Assembly: GCF_000092105.1 (NCBI RefSeq)
Contig: NC_014148.1
Location: forward strand, 4,980,001-5,012,000
Length of the DNA stretch: 32,000 bases
Direction: 5' to 3'
Source: Planctopirus limnophila DSM 3776
GTDB taxonomy: Bacteria > Planctomycetota > Planctomycetia > Planctomycetales > Planctomycetaceae
Both the position numbers and the translations under genes were made by a program. Of this stretch, positions 26,932 through 32,000 are shown one piece after another. The notes below the pieces were generated by a model. That model searched no databases and was not told the origin of the DNA. It was given only the letters and a program-made list of their open reading frames with translations. Each line of letters begins with the position of its first letter. The first letter of the stretch is position 1.

Positions 26932-27429
26932 ATGAACCCCTCACTACAAGAACCGCGATTTAAAAAAATCGGCGTTGCACTGGTGATTGCCTGGGGCCAT
27001 GTGATCGTGGGTCAGCGACAACCGGGTCAATCGTTCGCGGGGCTGGCTGAGTTTCCGGGCGGAAAAGTTGAGTCTGGAGAAGACTTCGCAGCGGCGGCCT
27101 GTCGCGAGTGCCTTGAAGAGACCGGGCTGGCGGTGGCTGCTGAACGCCTGCTGGATGCCTGGCAAAGCATACGAGTCGCCGATGATGGCATTGAAGAGAT
27201 TTTTCGGATCGAGTTCTGGCAGTGCCGACCTGTGAGCCTCTCAAACAACTTACTCGAATCTTCCTTACTTGAATCTTCCTTACTCACATCTTCTTTGGCG
27301 GGTGCTTTTCACTGGGTGCCCATCGCAGATCTTGCCCAGCTCAAATTCCCTTCGGCCAACACAAAAATCATTGAGCTACTGTTGAGCAGGAACTTCAGCC
27401 AAAGCGAAGAACCTCATCACGGATCATGA
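26932..27429 (+). CDS. NUDIX hydrolase (MutT-like)
   Basis: The Nudix box is GGKVESGEDFAAAACRECLEETGL (Gx5Ex7REUxEExGU). The track start at 26929 is TTG, and an ATG follows immediately at 26932. Confidence 0.85.
   Translation: MNPSLQEPRFKKIGVALVIAWGHVIVGQRQPGQSFAGLAEFPGGKVESGEDFAAAACRECLEETGLAVAAERLLDAWQSIRVADDGIEEIFRIEFWQCRPVSLSNNLLESSLLESSLLTSSLAGAFHWVPIADLAQLKFPSANTKIIELLLSRNFSQSEEPHHGS
27249..27293 (+). repeat. In-frame 15-bp x3 tandem repeat inside the NUDIX gene
   Basis: The units cttactcgaatcttc / cttacttgaatcttc / cttactcacatcttc encode LLESS-LLESS-LLTSS. Confidence 0.85.
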
Positions 27430-27457
27430 ATCGTCATCGATCGATGATTGATGCTCC

Positions 27458-28423
27458 TTACGTCGCCAGCATCTGCTGTGCATGTTCATGAATCATGGCC
27501 TTGAGTGTCACGGGTTCCAGCACCCGGGCATAGCGGCCATAGCCGAGAATCCACCAGACGATTTCGCTCAAACCATCGACTTTAAAACTCAAGACCACGG
27601 AGCCATCTTCAAGCCACTCGGCTGTCTGTGTTTTATGCCACCGCACTTCGGCCACATTCATGGCCACCTGCTTGTCGAATTGCACTTTGACCGTCTGGCC
27701 TGTCGGTGTTCCCCGAATCAAATGCCACGCATTTCCCAGATAACGATCGAGGCTGAAGCGCGGTGGAATTTTGTAGAACGTCCCCGCCAGCTCCAGCTGT
27801 TCCAGCCTGCCGACATTGAATGTCCGCACGGTGCGATGCCAGCTTGATCGCCCAATCACGTACCAGCTTCGCCGGCTGAAAAGGAGTCGATAAGGGCTCA
27901 GCAACGTCGATAGAGGCGATGCTTCCGTGAGGCTGTGATACCGCACACGAATCTGCTCCCGACGGATCAGTGCCGAAAGCAGCACTTCGTACAGCGACTG
28001 GCTGCCAATCAACTGATTTCGCGAATCGATACGGATCGACATCGATTCGGTAATTTCAGCCACTGTCTCCCGCACACTGCGCGGCAAGCCTTCGAGAATC
28101 TTCATGGCCGCTTGCCGGGCATCCTGTTGAAAAGGGATACCTGTGGTCGAATCGGAAAGTTCACTGCAAAACAGCAACAGCGAGATCGCCTCACTTAAAC
28201 TGAGCTGACTGGCAGGTATCGTCAACCGCAGAGGCATGCAGTAGCCTTGCCGCTCTTCGTCGTAAAGGACATGAATGCCGGCTTCCTGCAGGATGCTGAT
28301 GTCCCGGAAGATTGTTCGGCGGCTGACACCGCACTCCTCTGCCAATTGGACAGAATTGCACAGTCTGCCAGATTGCAGTGCCTGAATCAGCCTGAGTAGT
28401 CGAGGAAGGCGCGCTGCCCCCAT
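27458..28423 (-). CDS. WYL-domain transcriptional regulator (N-terminal HTH, central WYL, C-terminal extension)
   Basis: The HTH is LPRLLRLIQALQSGRLCNSVQLAEECGVSRRTIFRDISILQEAGIHVLYDEERQGY. The WYL region is IRVRYHSLTEASPLSTLLSPYRLLFSRRSWYVIGRSSWHRTVRTFNVGRL. I chose the ATG at 28423; the track start at 28501 is TTG. Confidence 0.85.
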   Translation of the reverse strand: MGAARLPRLLRLIQALQSGRLCNSVQLAEECGVSRRTIFRDISILQEAGIHVLYDEERQGYCMPLRLTIPASQLSLSEAISLLLFCSELSDSTTGIPFQQDARQAAMKILEGLPRSVRETVAEITESMSIRIDSRNQLIGSQSLYEVLLSALIRREQIRVRYHSLTEASPLSTLLSPYRLLFSRRSWYVIGRSSWHRTVRTFNVGRLEQLELAGTFYKIPPRFSLDRYLGNAWHLIRGTPTGQTVKVQFDKQVAMNVAEVRWHKTQTAEWLEDGSVVLSFKVDGLSEIVWWILGYGRYARVLEPVTLKAMIHEHAQQMLAT

Positions 28424-28520
28424 AGGTACAACCCCAGCTTCCTCGGGCGGCCTGAACGCGCGATGAAGACATTCGTTCTCGAAAGTGTGTCGGATGATCA
28501 AACTGACCGGCTATGCCTCG

Positions 28521-28892
28521 TCAAGCGGGAGCACCTGTACGAATAACGACGTAAGCCGGGCAAAAATCGAATTCCCTGGATGAGCGCTTCCGGCAGGGAG
28601 ATGGCCTGCTGAAAATCATCTTCAAGAATTTGTCCACTGTTAATCTTCCACCCCCACTATCAACCAGTGTGCGTTTGTTCTGGAAGAGCATTTTCGCGTA
28701 TTCGAGCAGCGGGATATCACGATTATTCCAGCTTACCGAATTGAACTCATGCCCAAGATCGGAAATTGAGGCTCTGTAAACCATGGCCAGCCCATGCTTA
28801 GAGTCGTCATTTCGAGGTGTACTCACGCATAGGTACTGCGCAGGGAACGGTAGTCTGGAGCCTCTCACAACTCTGGATCCCGGTGAGTTCAT
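28521..28892 (-). CDS. Hypothetical small ORF, possibly a frame-broken pseudogene
   Basis: 123 aa with no recognisable motif. It sits in a locally lower-GC segment. Its ATG overlaps (ATGA, 28889-28892) the stop of a 27-codon ORF at 28889-28972. A second frame stays open for about 53 codons downstream of a G5 run (28651-28655). Confidence 0.25.
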   Translation of the reverse strand: MNSPGSRVVRGSRLPFPAQYLCVSTPRNDDSKHGLAMVYRASISDLGHEFNSVSWNNRDIPLLEYAKMLFQNKRTLVDSGGGRLTVDKFLKMIFSRPSPCRKRSSREFDFCPAYVVIRTGAPA

Positions 28893-29021
28893 GTTAAGTT
28901 CATGAATTTTTGGCTTCTGGCATCTTCATGGAAAAGCTGATATGCCAGTTCGTTCAAATCTTCGTAGTTCATGCATTGACGAACATTCTAGACAGTCGGT
29001 TCCAAAGCACTTCTCTTCAAC

Positions 29022-30455
29022 ATGACAATTCTTCCACAATCCACCGAGCGACCCACAGACGAAGCGCGGTCGTCGGATGATGAACCCTACGGAAGGGTTG
29101 TCTTTATTGACCACCAGGGGACGAAACTCCAACGCGATCTCTTACGAGGTTCTCTGCTGGTTGGTTCCGCCCATGGCTGCAATCTGCGATTGAGGTCGAA
29201 TGATGTTGCCCCACAACATTGCCTGATTTTCCGCGATCCGCACGGACTCATGGTTCGCGACCTCGGAAGCTCAACGGGGACTCTGCTCAATGGTCAGCCC
29301 ATTCGCGAGATGTGGCTGCGCGGCGGAGACCATCTGCAAGTCGGCGGATTCGAACTGATTGTCGAATCCAACCTTGCCGATCCTGCCCCGCCCGGCTGGA
29401 AGCTCGAAGATTATCTCCTCGTCGAACTTCTGGGTTCAGGCGGTATGAGCTGGTTGTTTGGCTCCCGGCATGCCACCTCAGGTTACAAACGGGCCATCAA
29501 ACTCCTGCCCAGCAGGTATTCGCAGCGGATGTTCGATCATTTCCAGCGTGAGGCCAAAGTGGGGGTCGGTCTCGTTCATCCGCAGATCATTCGTACGGAA
29601 CGGATCGTCTCGTGGCAGAACCACTGGTTTATTGTGCTCGAACTTTTTGAAGGGGCGAGCCTGTCAGAACTTGTAGAACTTCACGGCCCGCTCCCCTGGC
29701 AACTGGCGTGTCATTTGATTCGACAAGCCGCTCTGGGTGCCCATTACCTGCATGGAGCCGGTATTGTTCATCGCGATCTGAAGCCGGGCAATCTGCTTGT
29801 CGCGTACGATGGCAATTTGAAAATCATCGACTTCGGACTCGCCCTCTTACAAGGCGAAGATCTTTCGCATGAGCGAGTCGATGGCAAGAGTCAAATCCTG
29901 GGGACTGCCGACTACATCTCGCCCGAACAGACACGCGACAGCAGTCAAATCGATGGCCGGGCCGATGTCTACAGCCTGGGTTGTGTGCTCTACTTCCTGC
30001 TGACTGGCCAGCCTCTTTTCAGTCGAAAAACGGTTTCCGAGAAAGTCCGCGCTCATCGTCAGGAGGCGCCTCCTCCGCTTCGCGAACTCCTTCCCGAACT
30101 ACCCGCTTCTGTGCAGGAAACACTGGTCGCCATGCTGGCAAAAAATGTGGATGATCGACCAGCCACCGCCGAGGAAGTGGCCAACCGACTGGCTCCGTGG
30201 TCGGTTCGGCAACCTGTGGAATTCGACTTCCCCAAGCTCCTCCGCAGCCGCTGGGTACAAGCGCATCGTCGGCTCAAGGAATGGGTCGGCCGCCAGCAAA
30301 ACGCCCTTCTGGACGATTCGTCCGATGATCTGACGAATAACGATTCCGAGTCCAACGGCCAAAAACGTTCGTCTTCGAACCGACCCGTTGAACTGGCGAT
30401 CTTCGACGCGATCCTGCATTCACAATCGCCAGGCGTCCCACGGCTCAAGAAATAG
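29022..30455 (+). CDS. FHA-domain Ser/Thr protein kinase (soluble)
   Basis: The N-terminal FHA is LLVGSAHGCNLRL...HCLIFRDPHGLMVRDLGSSTGTLLNGQPI. The Hanks kinase shows LGSGGMSWLF, AIKLL, HRDLKPGNLL, DFGLA and GTADYISPEQ. The acidic, Ser-rich C-terminal tail has no TM segment. Confidence 0.9.
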   Translation: MTILPQSTERPTDEARSSDDEPYGRVVFIDHQGTKLQRDLLRGSLLVGSAHGCNLRLRSNDVAPQHCLIFRDPHGLMVRDLGSSTGTLLNGQPIREMWLRGGDHLQVGGFELIVESNLADPAPPGWKLEDYLLVELLGSGGMSWLFGSRHATSGYKRAIKLLPSRYSQRMFDHFQREAKVGVGLVHPQIIRTERIVSWQNHWFIVLELFEGASLSELVELHGPLPWQLACHLIRQAALGAHYLHGAGIVHRDLKPGNLLVAYDGNLKIIDFGLALLQGEDLSHERVDGKSQILGTADYISPEQTRDSSQIDGRADVYSLGCVLYFLLTGQPLFSRKTVSEKVRAHRQEAPPPLRELLPELPASVQETLVAMLAKNVDDRPATAEEVANRLAPWSVRQPVEFDFPKLLRSRWVQAHRRLKEWVGRQQNALLDDSSDDLTNNDSESNGQKRSSSNRPVELAIFDAILHSQSPGVPRLKK

Positions 30456-30461
30456 TGCTTT

Positions 30462-31163
30462 TCAGACCGCCAGCAGCTCGTAGACCTGCCGGTCGGTCAA
30501 CGTTTCGACCCGTAACTCGGCCCCCGTAAAGTCATGGCTGGCAGTGAACTCATGAGGAACCGCAATGGTTCTTGCCCGGGCCAGCACAGCCGCCCGCGTC
30601 CCTGCGGCGCTGTCTTCAAACACCGCCATCTGCTCAGGACGAACTCCAAAGGTGCTGGCCGCCTTCAGATAGATCTCCGGGTGAGGCTTCCCTTGAGAGA
30701 CATCTGCCGAGGTGAGAAAAAACTGAAAGTGGCTCATCAGCCCTGCCTGTTCCACAAGACTCTGCGCATAATCCCGTGGTGAAGATGTCGTGACTGCACA
30801 CGGAATTCCTCGCTTCGATAAAGCACCCAGAAGCTCGACCACTCCGGGCATGGGTGCGAGCTTCTCACGGATCAGCTCATGATGAGCCTCGCGAGAAATC
30901 TCTAAAAGATGAGCAGGATCGACATCAATCGCCAGATACTCGACCAGCCGGGTGAACGACTCCATCGGGCGGCGACCAATGATCACATCCATCACTTCGC
31001 GGGTCATCCGCCGCTCAAATTTTTGAAGCACTGTATCGCCGGCTTCAAAAAATAGATGCTCGGTATTGAACATCGTCCCATCCAGGTCAAAGCAGACAGC
31101 TTCGACTGCAGGTACTTTTCTCGGAGCGCTCTGTTGCCCGGAAGCCATCGTCACCACCGACAT
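30462..31163 (-). CDS. HAD-superfamily phosphatase (subfamily IA, beta-phosphoglucomutase/phosphoglycolate-phosphatase-like)
   Basis: Motif I is CFDLDGTMFNTE, motif II VTTSS, motif III GKPHPEIY and motif IV VFEDSAAG. The track start at 31223 is TTG. ATGs occur at 31163 and 31148. Confidence 0.85.
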   Translation of the reverse strand: MSVVTMASGQQSAPRKVPAVEAVCFDLDGTMFNTEHLFFEAGDTVLQKFERRMTREVMDVIIGRRPMESFTRLVEYLAIDVDPAHLLEISREAHHELIREKLAPMPGVVELLGALSKRGIPCAVTTSSPRDYAQSLVEQAGLMSHFQFFLTSADVSQGKPHPEIYLKAASTFGVRPEQMAVFEDSAAGTRAAVLARARTIAVPHEFTASHDFTGAELRVETLTDRQVYELLAV

Positions 31164-31355
31164 TGATCTGCCTTTAAGTTCGCGAAGAATCCGAATCAGC
31201 CCATTAAGGGTTGAACGTCCCAATATCTTCGCAGATCGAGAGAAACAGAGCGATGGAACTTTGGTGACAAACTATCCATCATCAAAAGATCAAAACCTTC
31301 TGATGGCTACCTTGTTTTCATGGTTATTTTGATCACCGAACAGCTTTTCGACCCA

Positions 31356-32000
31356 TTACCGGGGTGGTGCCAGTTCCAGGGGAAGCTTGAGGGTCTCGGT
31401 CTTGCGTTTCACGGTGAAATCGACCTTGTCGCCGGCCTTGAACTTCCGCAGTGCTAAGTCGAAGTCATCCAGGTTGGTCACTTTATTGCCACCCACTTCA
31501 ATCACGAGATCGCCAGGCTTCAGCCCGGCCTTGTCGGCTGGTGAACCTGGTGCTGTCCCACTGATCGCATAGCCCGGTTCCTGAACGCCAAAATCCGGGA
31601 TCGTCCCGACATAAGGCCTGTTCCCTGAACGTCCCACATTGGCCGAGCCTTTCACTTCGACATACTCAGGCCGGGCAGGAGTGTTAATAACGACTTGAGC
31701 GATCTCATTGACGAGAGTCGCCACGCGCGTCATGCCATCGACATCAAGCTTATCCGTATCGTCCGAGGGGCGGTGATAATCGGGATGTAACCCGGTGAAG
31801 AAGTGCAGCACCGGGATCTTCTTCGTGTAGAACGATGAATGATCACTCGGGCCAAAACCTTCGGGCTTCTCGATGAGTTCAAAACCTGTTGTCTTATTGC
31901 CCTCGCGCAGCCACTCTTCGAACTGCTTCGCGGTCTTCACACCAAACACAGTCAGCTTGTTCTCCTGCAGCCGCCCGACCATATCCATATTGAGCATGGC
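31356..32000 (-). CDS. M28-family aminopeptidase with a C-terminal PDZ domain (5' end beyond the right window edge)
   Basis: LNMDMVGRL and FFTGLHPDYHRPSDD are M28 hallmarks. The C-terminal PDZ is ADKAGLKPGDLVIEVGGNKVTNLDDFDLALRKFKAGDKVDFTVKR. The frame is open to position 32000. Confidence 0.85.
   Translation of the reverse strand, partial: AMLNMDMVGRLQENKLTVFGVKTAKQFEEWLREGNKTTGFELIEKPEGFGPSDHSSFYTKKIPVLHFFTGLHPDYHRPSDDTDKLDVDGMTRVATLVNEIAQVVINTPARPEYVEVKGSANVGRSGNRPYVGTIPDFGVQEPGYAISGTAPGSPADKAGLKPGDLVIEVGGNKVTNLDDFDLALRKFKAGDKVDFTVKRKTETLKLPLELAPPR

Noticed and set aside
27434-27447. Perfect 14-nt palindrome tcatcgatcgatga between the convergent NUDIX and WYL genes
   Set aside because: It lies downstream of both genes in a 28-nt gap. 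With a minimal loop only about 5 bp can pair. It is more likely a weak bidirectional hairpin or a chance GATC-containing palindrome than an operator.
28926-29132. 68-aa minus-strand ORF spanning the kinase start
   Set aside because: It overlaps the 5' end of the well-supported FHA-kinase CDS on the opposite strand and has an odd composition. Only its last few codons fall in the intergenic region.
1-32000. Mobile elements, prophage, integrase/transposase, tRNA/rRNA/tmRNA, or known defence systems (RM, CBASS, retron, TA)
   Set aside because: Reading all long ORFs and the intergenic regions, I found no recombinase, reverse transcriptase, nuclease-helicase pair, T-loop-like GTTCGAATC motif or rRNA-like sequence. 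The WYL regulator is the only defence-associated hallmark.

Overview
This is a moderately GC-rich chromosomal window. By inference only, the gene content suggests a Planctomycetota-like genome: an FHA-Ser/Thr kinase, HDOD and PilZ proteins, an M28-PDZ peptidase, weak Shine-Dalgarno signals, many GTG/TTG-ambiguous starts, and palindromic repeats that create spurious MLAQSCKHGT-type ORFs. About 55% of the window (1312-18788) is one co-directional minus-strand exopolysaccharide/glycan-assembly island. In transcription order it encodes an O-antigen-ligase/Wzy-like membrane protein, a CelD/BcsL-type GNAT, a GT4, a PaaK/CapK-type adenylating enzyme, a second CelD/BcsL-type GNAT, a GT4, a NodB (CE4) deacetylase, a GT4, a membrane GT2, a membrane-anchored deacetylase-like protein, a TM-anchored EEP phosphoesterase and a Wzc-type co-polymerase/BY-kinase. 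Two tandem HDOD genes follow. Several junctions are ATGA or longer overlaps, which indicates translational coupling. The right part mixes housekeeping genes (pepA, fabI, a NUDIX hydrolase, a HAD phosphatase, an M28 peptidase) with a stand-alone PilZ protein, a small lipoprotein, a large secreted TPR-like protein, a WYL regulator and a divergent FHA-kinase. An ORF-poor zone at about 21.2-23.2 kb carries a REP-like hairpin repeat family, a telomere-like G-tract and a strong orphan intrinsic terminator. I recognised no rRNA, tRNA, CRISPR array, transposase, integrase or phage gene. There are two candidates for something undescribed. The first is the adenylating-enzyme plus double CelD-GNAT decoration module inside the EPS island. 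The second is the low-GC, frame-broken small-ORF segment directly upstream of the WYL regulator. Both are hypotheses that need homology searches I cannot run.
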